From Myxococcota bacterium (GTDB lineage: Bacteria > Myxococcota > JACRCW01): a stretch of 37,584 bases of DNA. Below the pieces are notes generated by a model that was given only the letters and a program-made list of their open reading frames with translations, made no database searches and was not told the origin of the DNA. Made by a program: the position numbers and the translations under genes. Of this stretch, positions 1 through 9,885 are shown one piece after another. The stretch is taken from NCBI GenBank assembly GCA_040752415.1, contig JBFMGU010000061.1, positions 8,104-45,687 on the forward strand. The letters run 5' to 3'. The first letter of the stretch is position 1; the number at the start of each line of letters is the position of its first letter.

Positions 1-1
1 C

Positions 2-355
2 ACGTCCTCCAGCTCCGGCAACGTGGGGACGTCGTCGAGCTCGGGCAACGTCGGGACGTCTTCCAGCTCCGGCAACGTGGGGACGTCGTCGAGCTCGGGT
101 GATGTTGGGACGTCGTCCAGCGGCACGGGCAGCACCAGCGGCTCGTCCAGCTCCGGCGTGGCTGGCTCCTCGTCGAGCTCGGGCAGCGTGGGCGGGTCTT
201 CCAGCTCCGGCGGGGTGGGTACCTCGTCGAGCTCCGGTGCGGTGGGTACCTCGTCGAGCTCGGGCGGCGTGGGTGGATCCTCCAGCTCCGGTGTCGTCGG
301 TAGCTCGTCCAGCTCCGGCGGCGTGGGCACGTCTTCCAGCTCCAGCGGCGGGGGC
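2..355 (+). repeat. Tandem ~27-nt coding repeat encoding a (V/G)GTSSSSG linker
   Basis: Repeated units such as gtggggacgtcgtcgagctcgggc / tccagctccggc, encoding about 12 GxSSSSG units. Confidence 0.9.
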
Positions 356-3300
356 AACTCCTGCAGCGACGGGGTGGACACCGACGGTGACGGCTGGGCC
401 GACGCCGAGGACCCCGACTGCGCCATGTACGGCAGCGAGCTCGGCCACGGCGTCACGCAGTGCAACAACGGGTATGACGACGACCGGGACGGCAACGTTG
501 ACCGCGCGGACCCGGATTGCACCAGCGCGCTGGTGGACGTGGAGGGAATCACCTGCGGCGACAACGTCGACAACGACGCCGACGGCTGGGTGGACGCCGC
601 GGATCCCGACTGCGTGAACGGCGTGACGGAGCAGGGGCCCAACCACCTGGGCGCGTGCTCCGACGCCTGGGACAACGACGGCGATGGGCTGAGCGACGGC
701 GAGGACCCCGGCTGCAGCGACGCCGGCGACCCGGACGAGCGTCCCGCCACCTGCACCGACAACCGGGACAACGACGACGACGGCTGGGTGGACGGGAGCG
801 ACCCCGACTGCCTCTCCAACCGCGAGGAGTCCGGCCTGGACCCGCGCTACGCGTGCAACAACGGCGTGGATGACGACGCGCTCAACGGCGCCGACGCCGC
901 GGACTCCAACTGTGCCGCGGGCTGGGACCCCGACGAGTCCAGCGCCTGCGCCAACAACAGCGACGACGACAACGACGGCTGGACGGACCTGGATGACCCG
1001 GACTGCGTCTTCCGCGGCGGACCGGAGCAGGGCTTTGACACCACGCTGCCGTGCAACAACAACGCCGACGACAACAACAACGGCGTCAGCGACGCGAACG
1101 ACCCGGCCTGCACCTGGGGCGGCGATCCCGACGAGGGCACCTGCGAGGACGGCCAGGACAACGACAACGACACCTGGGTGGACCTGGTGGACCCGGACTG
1201 CCAGGCGGAGCGGCCGGAGCAGGGCGTCAACAACATGGGCCAGTGCTCCAATGCTGTCGACGATGACAACGACGGTGCCACCGACGGAACGGACCCGGAC
1301 TGCACCACGCCGTGGGGCACCGACGAGGCGGGCTCCTGCCGCGACAGCCAGGACAACGACCAGGACGGCTGGGTGGATGACCTGGACACGGATTGTCGCG
1401 ACGGCCGGCCGGAAGGCGGGTTCTCCTGGCCGCAGTGCAACAACGGCGCGGATGACGACGGTGACGGCGCGGTGGACGCCGCCGACGACGGTTGCGCGAT
1501 GGGTTGGAGCGATGACGAGGCCGGGACCTGCGCGGACAGCCAGGACAACGACCAGGACGGCTGGGTGGACGCGGCGGACCCGGACTGCGCCTATGGCGAG
1601 CCGGAGCAGTCCTTCTCCTGGATGGCGTGCAATGACGGCTGGGACAATGACAGCGACGGCGTGACCGACCGCGACGACCCCGGCTGCTCCAGCGCCTTTG
1701 ACGACAACGAGCGACCCGCCACCTGCAACGACGGCGCCGACAACGACGACGACGGCTGGTCAGACAACGCGGACCCGGATTGCAGCCACAACCGCGAGGA
1801 GTCCGGCTACGACTCCACCTACGAGTGCAACAACGGCCAGGACGACGACGACAACGGCCGCGCCGACGCGCTGGATACCGGGTGCATCTCCGGCCTGGAT
1901 CCGGATGAGTCGAACGCGTGTCGCGACGGGCAGGACAATGACGGGGACCGCTGGGCCGACGACGCCGACCCGGATTGCGTCCTGGGTGGTGGCCCGGAGA
2001 CCTTGCAGGTGGACCCGCGCTACGCCTGCAACAACGGCGTGGATGACGACGCGGACGGACTCACCGACGCGGACGACTTCCAGAGCTGCTTCGCGGGTTG
2101 GGACCAGGACGAGGGGACCTGCGCGGACGGCCGCGACAACGACGGTGATACCTGGGCCGACGAGGTGGACCCGGACTGCTGGGAGGAGAACGCCGAGCAG
2201 GGCTTCAACAACCGCGGGCAGTGCTCCAACGGCGTGGATGACGACGGAGATGGCACCACCGACGGGCAGGACCCCGATTGCCCCGAACCCGCGGGAGATG
2301 ACGAGGTGGGCCGCTGCAGCAACAACGCCGACGACGACGGCGACGGCTGGGTGGACCAGGCCGACCCGGATTGCCCGGGCCGCCCGGAGAGCGGACTGTC
2401 CTGGCGCCAGTGCAACAACGGCGCGGATGACGACGGAGACGGCGCCACCGACGGCAGCGACGTCGACTGCCCCACCGCGTTTGGCGACGACGAGCAGGGC
2501 CTGTGCCGCGACGGTCAGGACAACGATGGTGATGGCTGGACCGACGGCCAGGATCCCGAGTGCCAGGAAGGTCGGCGCGAGCAGGAGCGCTACGGCGAAT
2601 ACGCCTGCAACAACGGCTGGGATGACGACGGGGATGGCCTGGTGGACGCGCAGGACCCCGCCTGCGCCTCCGGCGCCGACTGGTATGAGCAGCCCGACTC
2701 CTGCGTGGACTGGGAGGACGACGACGGCGACGGCTGGTACGACGCGGACGACCCCGACTGCTTCCACAACCGCGAAGAGAGCGGCTACGACACCACCTAC
2801 CCGTGCAACAACGGCGGGGATGACGACGGCAACAATCTCACCGATGCCGACGACCCGGGCTGCCTGACCGGCCGGGACCCCGACGAGTCCAACGCCTGCG
2901 CCAACAACCTGGACGACGATGGCGACGGGTGGAGCGACAACCAGGACCCGGATTGCGCCTTCGGCGGCGGACCGGAGCGCGGGTACGACCCGACCTTTGC
3001 CTGCAACAACGGCGAGGATGACAACAACAACGGGGTGAGCGACGCCGACGACCTCGACCACTGCTGGTCGGGCTACGACCCGGATGAGGGCAGCTGCTCC
3101 GACGGCTTGGACAACGACGCCGACGGCTGGACCGACGCGCTGGATGGAGAGTGCCAGGACGTGGGCGGCCCCGGCGAGATCGGTGTCAACGACTTCGCGC
3201 AGTGTGGCAACGGCATTGACGACGACGGTGACGGTCGCGTGGATCAGCTGGACCCGGACTGCGCCGCGGGCTGGCAGAATGACGAGCTGGGCCGCTGCTT

Positions 3301-6300
3301 CAACAACGTGGATGACGACAACGACGGCTGGGTGGATGGCCTGGACCCGGACTGCCCCGACATGCCAGAGCGAGGTCTGCTCGGCAGCGCCTGCAACAAC
3401 GGCGAGGACGACGACGGTGACGGCTTGGTGGACAGCGCGGACGATGACTGTCCCAATGGGCTGGGCAACGACGAGGCCGGCATCTGCACGGACAACCTGG
3501 ACAACGACGGCGACGGTTGGGTCGACCTGGAGGACCTGGATTGCCAGTGGAGCGCGCCGGAGCAGAGCTTCAACCACTGGTCCGTCTGCACCAACAGCAT
3601 GGATGACGACGGCGACGGCCTGCGGGACGGCGATGACCCGGGTTGTCGCGATGCCTGGGATGACACCGAGCAGACCGACACGTGCACCGACGGAGATGAC
3701 AACGACAACGACGGCTGGTGGGACGAGCAGGACCCCGACTGCTTCCACAACCGGGAGGAGAGCGGCCTCGACGCCTCCTACCAATGCAACAACGGCGTCG
3801 ATGACGACGGCAACAACGCCGCGGACAGCTGGGACTACACATCCTGCTCCAGCGGCCTGGACAACGACGAGTCCAACGCCTGCTCCAACGGCGTGGATGA
3901 GGACAGCGACGGCTGGGTGGATGGTGCCGACCCGGACTGCGCGCTCCGCGGCGGCCCGGAGACCGGCTACGACCTGACCTACGCGTGCAACAACGGCGTC
4001 GACGACAACGGCAACGGCGCCGCCGACGCGCAGGACCCCCAGCACTGCTACGCGGGCTACGACATCGACGAGGGCACCTGCTCCGACGGCGCGGACAACG
4101 ACGGCAACGGCTGGACCGACGACGCCGACGCGGATTGCTGGGATTGGCCGGGCGCCGGGGAACGGGGTCGCATCACCTGGCCCCGGTGCAGCAACGGCCT
4201 GGATGACGACGGGGACGGCACCGTCGACGCGCAGGATCCCAGCTGCGTGACCGGCTGGTCCAATGACGAGGCCGGCATCTGCGCCAATGGCCTGGATGAT
4301 GACCGCGACGGCTGGGTGGATGGCCGCGACGCGGACTGCATCTCCGGTCAACCGGAACAGGGCTCCTCCGGCTCGGCGTGCAACAACGGCTGGGATGACG
4401 ACGGGGACGGCCTGGTGGACAGCGAGGATCCCAACTGCCCCGACGGCCGCAGCAACGACGAAGCCGGCCTGTGCACCGACGGCCTGGACAATGACAACGA
4501 CACCTGGGTGGATGCCGACGACCCGGACTGCCGCTGGAACTGGCCGGAGCAGGGCACCAACTACACCTCCTCCTGCAGCAACGGCAGCGACGACGACAAC
4601 GATGGCCTCGTTGACCACGACGACCCCGGCTGCCTGGACGCCGACGACGACAGCGAGCGGCCCGCCTCCTGCACCGACGGCAGCGACAACGACGACGACG
4701 GCTGGTTCGACGACGCGGATCCGGATTGCAGCCAGAACCGCGAGGAGAGCGGCTACGACCCCTCCTACGCGTGCAACAACGGCGCGGATGACGACGCCAA
4801 CGGCACATCCGACGCGGCCGACGTCTCCTGCCAGAGCGGCCTGGACAACGACGAGTCCAATGCCTGCGCCAACGGCGTGGATGAGGATGGCGACGGCTGG
4901 GCGGATGGCGCCGACCCGGACTGCGCGCTCCGTGGCGGCCCGGAGAGCGGGTACGACCTGACCCTCGGGTGCAACAACGGCGTCGACGACAACGGCAACG
5001 GCCGCGCCGACGCCCAGGACTTCGAGCACTGCTACGCGGGCTACGACCCCGACGAGGGCACCTGCTCCGACGGCGTGGACAACGACGCCAACGGCTGGAC
5101 CGACGACGCCGACGCGGATTGCTGGAGCTTCCCCGGCGGCGGAGAGCGCGGACAGGTCACGTGGCCCCGCTGCAGCAACGGCCTGGATGACGACGGGGAC
5201 GGGCTCACCGACGCGCAGGATTCCAGCTGCCTGGTGGGCTGGCTGGATGATGAGGCGGGCATCTGTCTCAACGGCGCGGATGACGACGGCGACGGTTGGG
5301 CCGACCTGCAGGACCCGGACTGCCTGGCGGGTCGGCCGGAGCAGGGGTGGTCCGGCTCCGTGTGCAACAACGACGAGGATGACGACGGAGACGGCTACGC
5401 CGACAGCCTGGACCCGGATTGCCCCGACGGGCTGAGCAACGACGAGGCGGGCCTGTGTCGCGACGGCGTCGACAACGACAACGACACCTGGGTGGACGCC
5501 GACGACCTTGACTGCCAGGCCGGCTTCCCCGAGCAGGGGCTCAACTGGTGGAGCAGCTGCAGCAACGGCGTCGACGACGACAACGACGGGCTGCGGGATC
5601 ACGACGACCCCGGTTGCCGCGACGCGCGCGACGGCTGGGAGCAGCCGGACACCTGCCTCAACAACCAGGATGACGACGGGGACGGCTGGACCGATGACGC
5701 CGACCCCGACTGCCTGGCCAACCGCGACGAGCTGGGGCCCGATTCCACCTTCGAGTGCAACAACGGCTTCGACGACGACGGCAACGGGGGCGTCGACAGC
5801 GCGGACCCCGGCTGCGTGGCCGGCTGGGACCGCGACGAGTCCGACGGGTGCGGCAACGGACAGGACGATGATGGCGACGGGTGGTTTGACGGTGCCGACC
5901 CGGATTGCGCCGTGCGCGGCGGTCCGGAGAGCGGCTACGACCCGACCTTCGCCTGCAACAACGGGCTGGATGACGACGGCAACGGCCGCGCCGACGCCGA
6001 GGACTTCCAGCACTGCTACGCGGGCCATGACCTCGACGAGGGAGGCTGCTACGACGGGGCGGACAACGACGGCGACGGCTGGGTGGATGCCGACGACGCC
6101 CACTGCAGGGAATGGCCGGAGGCGGGTGAGCGGCAGCGCTTCAGCTGGCAGGCCTGCAGCAACGGCAGCGACGATGACGGCGACGGGCTCACGGACCGCG
6201 GTGACCCGGACTGCGTGGCCGGCTGGTTCAACGACGAGGCGGGCACCTGCTTCAACAGCGCGGACGACGACAACGACGGCTGGGTGGACGCGCAGGATCC

Positions 6301-7624
6301 CGACTGCGTGTCCGGCCAGCCGGAGCAGGGCTGGTCGGGCGTGGAGTGCAACAACGGCGTGGACGACGACAACGACGGCCTCACCGACGCCGCCGACAAC
6401 GGCTGCCCGACCGGGTCGGGGAACGACGAGCAGGGCCGCTGCTACGACGGGCTGGACAACGACAACGACACCTGGCTGGACGGCGATGACCCGGACTGCA
6501 CCGCCAACCAGCCGGAGCAAGGCTTCAACAACTTCAGCGCGTGCAGCAACGGCCTGGACGACGACGGAGACGGACTGCGCGACAACGACGACCCCGGCTG
6601 CGCCGACGCGCCGGACTACGACGAGCGGCCCGCCACCTGTCACGACGGCATGGACAACGATCTCGACGGCTGGATCGACGAGCGCGACCCGGACTGCGAG
6701 AACAACCGCGAGGAGAGCGGTACCGACCTCAGCCTGGCGTGCAACAACGGGATCGACGACGACGGGCTCAACGGCGCGGATGCCCAGGACCCCAACTGCC
6801 TGGCCGGCTGGGACAAGGATGAGTCGCTCAGCTGCCAGGATGGTCTGGACGCCGACGGGGATGGCTGGGCGGACTGGCGCGACCCCGACTGCAACGAGCG
6901 CGGCGGGCCGGAGCAGGGACCCAACCCCGGGTACGCCTGCGGCGACGGCGTGGACAACGACGGCGACGGGACCAGCGACAGCAACGACGCCGACTGCTGG
7001 TCGGGCTGGGACGACGACGAGGGCCTGTGCAGCAACGGCGTGGATGATGACCAGGACGGCTGGCTGGACGGCGCGGACCTGGATTGCGCCTGGTTCAGCC
7101 GCTCCGAGCGCGGGTTCAACGGCGCCGCCATCTGCAGCGACGGCGTGGACAACGACGGCGACGGCGCGGTGGACGGGTTTGACGCCGACTGCCCGGATCC
7201 CAACAGCAACGACGAGGCGGGCCTGTGCCGCAACAACCTCGACGACGACGGCGACGGCTGGACCGACAACGACGACCCGGAGTGCCTGAGCGGTCAGCCC
7301 GAGCTCTCACCCACCAGCGGCTGGCCGTGCAACAACGGCGCGGATGACGACGGGGATGGCCAGACCGACGCGGAGGACCCCGGGTGCACCACCGGCGCGC
7401 TCGACGACGAGCCGGGCCTGTGCAGCGACAACCTCGACAACGACGGCGACGGCTGGCTGGACAACGAGGACTATGACTGCCAGGTGTTCCGTCGTGGGGA
7501 GCGTGAGGTCAACTACTGGAGCGCCTGCAGCGACGGGGCCGACAACGACAACGACGGCCTGGTGGACGGGTTCGACCCCGGGTGCAGCGATCCTTCCGAC
7601 TGGGACGAGACCGACACGCCGTGA
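2..7624 (+). CDS. Giant acidic Cys/Asp-repeat protein, probably extracellular and Ca2+-binding; 5'-truncated
   Basis: The frame is open from nt 2 (TSSSSGNVG...), so the true start is outside the window. A Gly/Ser linker is followed by about 70-75 modules of type C-x-D/N-G-x-D-N/D-D-x-D-G-x-x-D-x-x-D-P-D-C. Stop TGA at 7622-7624. Confidence 0.9.
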   Translation, partial: TSSSSGNVGTSSSSGNVGTSSSSGNVGTSSSSGDVGTSSSGTGSTSGSSSSGVAGSSSSSGSVGGSSSSGGVGTSSSSGAVGTSSSSGGVGGSSSSGVVGSSSSSGGVGTSSSSSGGGNSCSDGVDTDGDGWADAEDPDCAMYGSELGHGVTQCNNGYDDDRDGNVDRADPDCTSALVDVEGITCGDNVDNDADGWVDAADPDCVNGVTEQGPNHLGACSDAWDNDGDGLSDGEDPGCSDAGDPDERPATCTDNRDNDDDGWVDGSDPDCLSNREESGLDPRYACNNGVDDDALNGADAADSNCAAGWDPDESSACANNSDDDNDGWTDLDDPDCVFRGGPEQGFDTTLPCNNNADDNNNGVSDANDPACTWGGDPDEGTCEDGQDNDNDTWVDLVDPDCQAERPEQGVNNMGQCSNAVDDDNDGATDGTDPDCTTPWGTDEAGSCRDSQDNDQDGWVDDLDTDCRDGRPEGGFSWPQCNNGADDDGDGAVDAADDGCAMGWSDDEAGTCADSQDNDQDGWVDAADPDCAYGEPEQSFSWMACNDGWDNDSDGVTDRDDPGCSSAFDDNERPATCNDGADNDDDGWSDNADPDCSHNREESGYDSTYECNNGQDDDDNGRADALDTGCISGLDPDESNACRDGQDNDGDRWADDADPDCVLGGGPETLQVDPRYACNNGVDDDADGLTDADDFQSCFAGWDQDEGTCADGRDNDGDTWADEVDPDCWEENAEQGFNNRGQCSNGVDDDGDGTTDGQDPDCPEPAGDDEVGRCSNNADDDGDGWVDQADPDCPGRPESGLSWRQCNNGADDDGDGATDGSDVDCPTAFGDDEQGLCRDGQDNDGDGWTDGQDPECQEGRREQERYGEYACNNGWDDDGDGLVDAQDPACASGADWYEQPDSCVDWEDDDGDGWYDADDPDCFHNREESGYDTTYPCNNGGDDDGNNLTDADDPGCLTGRDPDESNACANNLDDDGDGWSDNQDPDCAFGGGPERGYDPTFACNNGEDDNNNGVSDADDLDHCWSGYDPDEGSCSDGLDNDADGWTDALDGECQDVGGPGEIGVNDFAQCGNGIDDDGDGRVDQLDPDCAAGWQNDELGRCFNNVDDDNDGWVDGLDPDCPDMPERGLLGSACNNGEDDDGDGLVDSADDDCPNGLGNDEAGICTDNLDNDGDGWVDLEDLDCQWSAPEQSFNHWSVCTNSMDDDGDGLRDGDDPGCRDAWDDTEQTDTCTDGDDNDNDGWWDEQDPDCFHNREESGLDASYQCNNGVDDDGNNAADSWDYTSCSSGLDNDESNACSNGVDEDSDGWVDGADPDCALRGGPETGYDLTYACNNGVDDNGNGAADAQDPQHCYAGYDIDEGTCSDGADNDGNGWTDDADADCWDWPGAGERGRITWPRCSNGLDDDGDGTVDAQDPSCVTGWSNDEAGICANGLDDDRDGWVDGRDADCISGQPEQGSSGSACNNGWDDDGDGLVDSEDPNCPDGRSNDEAGLCTDGLDNDNDTWVDADDPDCRWNWPEQGTNYTSSCSNGSDDDNDGLVDHDDPGCLDADDDSERPASCTDGSDNDDDGWFDDADPDCSQNREESGYDPSYACNNGADDDANGTSDAADVSCQSGLDNDESNACANGVDEDGDGWADGADPDCALRGGPESGYDLTLGCNNGVDDNGNGRADAQDFEHCYAGYDPDEGTCSDGVDNDANGWTDDADADCWSFPGGGERGQVTWPRCSNGLDDDGDGLTDAQDSSCLVGWLDDEAGICLNGADDDGDGWADLQDPDCLAGRPEQGWSGSVCNNDEDDDGDGYADSLDPDCPDGLSNDEAGLCRDGVDNDNDTWVDADDLDCQAGFPEQGLNWWSSCSNGVDDDNDGLRDHDDPGCRDARDGWEQPDTCLNNQDDDGDGWTDDADPDCLANRDELGPDSTFECNNGFDDDGNGGVDSADPGCVAGWDRDESDGCGNGQDDDGDGWFDGADPDCAVRGGPESGYDPTFACNNGLDDDGNGRADAEDFQHCYAGHDLDEGGCYDGADNDGDGWVDADDAHCREWPEAGERQRFSWQACSNGSDDDGDGLTDRGDPDCVAGWFNDEAGTCFNSADDDNDGWVDAQDPDCVSGQPEQGWSGVECNNGVDDDNDGLTDAADNGCPTGSGNDEQGRCYDGLDNDNDTWLDGDDPDCTANQPEQGFNNFSACSNGLDDDGDGLRDNDDPGCADAPDYDERPATCHDGMDNDLDGWIDERDPDCENNREESGTDLSLACNNGIDDDGLNGADAQDPNCLAGWDKDESLSCQDGLDADGDGWADWRDPDCNERGGPEQGPNPGYACGDGVDNDGDGTSDSNDADCWSGWDDDEGLCSNGVDDDQDGWLDGADLDCAWFSRSERGFNGAAICSDGVDNDGDGAVDGFDADCPDPNSNDEAGLCRNNLDDDGDGWTDNDDPECLSGQPELSPTSGWPCNNGADDDGDGQTDAEDPGCTTGALDDEPGLCSDNLDNDGDGWLDNEDYDCQVFRRGEREVNYWSACSDGADNDNDGLVDGFDPGCSDPSDWDETDTP
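730..7610 (+). repeat. Higher-order ~980-nt (~327 aa) coding repeat, about 7 copies
   Basis: The NREESG/NRDELG marker recurs at 818, 1790, 2768, 3749, 4736, 5720 and 6704 (spacing 972-987 nt). Each unit has 10 Cys-bracketed modules. Confidence 0.85.
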
Positions 7625-7631
7625 GGCGCGC

Positions 7632-8660
7632 TCAGGCCACGCCCTCCAGTTGGACCGCGGGCTTGTGGTGGGTCAGGCGCAGGTAGTGGCCCACCAGGTT
7701 GAGCAGGTCGGCCATGGCCACCGGCTTGGGGAGGAAGTCGGTGGCGCCGGCCTCATCCGCCAGCGTGTGCAGCGTGGCCGCGTCCAGCGCGCTGACGAAG
7801 ATCACCGGCACGTCCTCCAGCTCCACGTCGGAGCGCATGTGCTTGCAGATGTCCACGCCGTCCAGGCCGGGCATCAGGATGTCCAGCAAGACCAGGCTGG
7901 GATGCAGCTCGCGGATGAGGCCCTGGGCCTCCTGTCCGTCGGAGGCGCGGAAGCACTCATAGCCGTGGCGGCTCAGCGTGGTGGCCAGCAGGCGCAGGAT
8001 CTCCTCGTCGTCGTCGGCAATGACCACGCGGCGGGTGGCGTCGCGCTTGCTCACCGCGGCGGCCAGCCGGGACACGCACGCGGCCACGCGCACCGTGGCG
8101 TTCTCGTCGAGGTCGGCGTCAAAGCGCAGCCCCACCAGGTGCTCGGTGGCGCCCACCCAGGACACGTGCGCCTGCAGCGCCACCTCCTCCTCCGTGTCCA
8201 GCCACACCGTCACCGTCACCGGCTGGCCCACGCTGAGCGCGGTGTGGCAGGTGAGCAGCAGCCCGGAGTGCGAGAGGTTCTTCACCTCCAGCCCGTCGAC
8301 AACGGTGCTGCTGGTGAGCAGGCGCGCGCGCAGGGAGCAGGCGTAGCGCGGATCCTTGCGGCCCCAGACCTGTCTTCCCGGCGTGCTGTCCAGGCCCATC
8401 AGCCGGCGCGCCTTCTCCAGCTCCTTCTGCGGGAAGTTCACGTACACCCCGGCGGGGAAGCGCAGGGAGGCCTTGCGACGCGCCACCACCGTCCCGCGCA
8501 CCACCACCGGCATGCTGCTGCCCGGCAACCCCGCCTGCACCACCACCGACGCACCCAGCGCCACGTCCGCCTGCGTGGGCACGAACAGGCGGTCCGCGCT
8601 GCCGCGAACCAGGTCTGCCCAGAGCCGGTACTTGTTGCGATACGCCACCGAGAGCGCCAT
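7632..8660 (-). CDS. PilZ-domain response regulator (PilZ-like, PilZ, receiver)
   Basis: The receiver has motifs VIADDD, LLDILMPGLDG, VSA and FLPKP. The central PilZ has RKDPR (RxxxR) and NLSHSG (D/NxSxxG). I placed the start at ATG 8660 because GGAGG precedes it. Confidence 0.85.
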   Translation of the reverse strand: MALSVAYRNKYRLWADLVRGSADRLFVPTQADVALGASVVVQAGLPGSSMPVVVRGTVVARRKASLRFPAGVYVNFPQKELEKARRLMGLDSTPGRQVWGRKDPRYACSLRARLLTSSTVVDGLEVKNLSHSGLLLTCHTALSVGQPVTVTVWLDTEEEVALQAHVSWVGATEHLVGLRFDADLDENATVRVAACVSRLAAAVSKRDATRRVVIADDDEEILRLLATTLSRHGYECFRASDGQEAQGLIRELHPSLVLLDILMPGLDGVDICKHMRSDVELEDVPVIFVSALDAATLHTLADEAGATDFLPKPVAMADLLNLVGHYLRLTHHKPAVQLEGVA

Positions 8661-8846
8661 GCCTTCCTCCGTGCACAAGGAGTGATTCCGCCCCCACCGT
8701 TGCGGGGCGCGTGCCATGTCACGGAACATGTTGGTTTGTCACGGCATTCCGGATGAAGGTGGATTTTCCCTCACCGCGGCGTGCACAAGTTGTGCATCCA
8801 CGTGCGCAAGCTGGAAGACCACCGACCGGAGGGTCTGTCCCGAGCC

Positions 8847-9767
8847 TCAGCGCGTGGGGTGGTGGTGGAAGTGCAGGGCGCCGTCGCAGGTCTCGGAGAG
8901 GACCCAGTGGTGCACGGTGAGCGTGCCAATGCGGATGCGCTCCACCACCAGCGCCTGGCGCGGCAGCACCACGTCAAAGACCAGCTCGTCGGGAGCGTAG
9001 CTGCGCAGCTCCTCGCGGAAGTCCGGGGGCAGCGGGCGCGGGCGGACTTTTTGCGGCACCAGCTGGATGACGTCGGGAGTGTGCGGCCAGCTCACCGGGC
9101 GACCCTGCGCGTCCACCTCGGTGAGCGGATAGAGCGGACGGCTGAGCGGCGTCTTGTCAAAGCGCGCCAGCACCAGCTCACTGACCAGCTTGCTCTGCAG
9201 CGTGTTGGCCGGGGTGTGGTTGGAGAGCACAATCGGCTCGCCGCCCTCGTCGGGAGTGAGCACGTGGTCACGCGCGTGGCCGTCCAGGCCGTACTGGTCG
9301 AAGATGAACAGGTTGCGCGTGGCCACCGGCTGGTCCGGGTCCTGCGTGGGGAACAGCTTCACGGCGAGGCCGAAGGTACGGCCGCCGCGCGCCGGTCGCG
9401 CCACGTGATTGGTGCCCACGCCAAAGCGCAGGATGGCCGGCACCTCCGTGCCCACCGCCAGGAGCCCCGTGGCGGGATTCTCGACGTCAATGCGCCAGGT
9501 CCCGTCGGCGCAGATGCCGGGGCGGTGGATGAGCTTGCGCGCGGGGTCCTTGAAGTCGGAGGCGTCCGCGAACGTGCCGGCGAAGCGCGCGTTCAATCCG
9601 CCGCTCAGCAAGGCCTTGAGGATGCCCAGCTCCTCCGGCGTCTCGACGGGCGGCGGCGTGGTGAGCGGATCCTTGAACACGCGCTCCCGCACCTGGCGGT
9701 ACGAGTACAGCTGCGGCGTGGCGGCGGCGGTCAGGGTCAGCAGAGCCAGGGCAAGAGACAGGCGCAT
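8847..9767 (-). CDS. Secreted catalase-related protein
   Basis: N-terminal signal peptide (MRLSLALALLTLTAAA). RKLIHRPG, LRFG and FGLAVKLF parallel the catalase motifs RxxHAKG, RFS and RGFAVKF. Confidence 0.6.
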   Translation of the reverse strand: MRLSLALALLTLTAAATPQLYSYRQVRERVFKDPLTTPPPVETPEELGILKALLSGGLNARFAGTFADASDFKDPARKLIHRPGICADGTWRIDVENPATGLLAVGTEVPAILRFGVGTNHVARPARGGRTFGLAVKLFPTQDPDQPVATRNLFIFDQYGLDGHARDHVLTPDEGGEPIVLSNHTPANTLQSKLVSELVLARFDKTPLSRPLYPLTEVDAQGRPVSWPHTPDVIQLVPQKVRPRPLPPDFREELRSYAPDELVFDVVLPRQALVVERIRIGTLTVHHWVLSETCDGALHFHHHPTR

Positions 9768-9885
9768 GGGTGTGAGACGTTAGCGCATCCGTGCGCCGAG
9801 CTCGCGCCGGACGCCGTGCACGCCGCATTCTTGGCGCCACCCCGTCGCATCGGTGATGATCCGCGCCGGTCACCGGAGGAGCACC

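Noticed and set aside
1760..6643. 1627-aa minus-strand ORF and many frame-shifted ORFs over the giant repeat gene
   Set aside because: These are antisense or shifted shadows of a GC3-rich repetitive gene. The Val-rich and Thr/Arg-rich translations simply mirror GAC/AAC codons.
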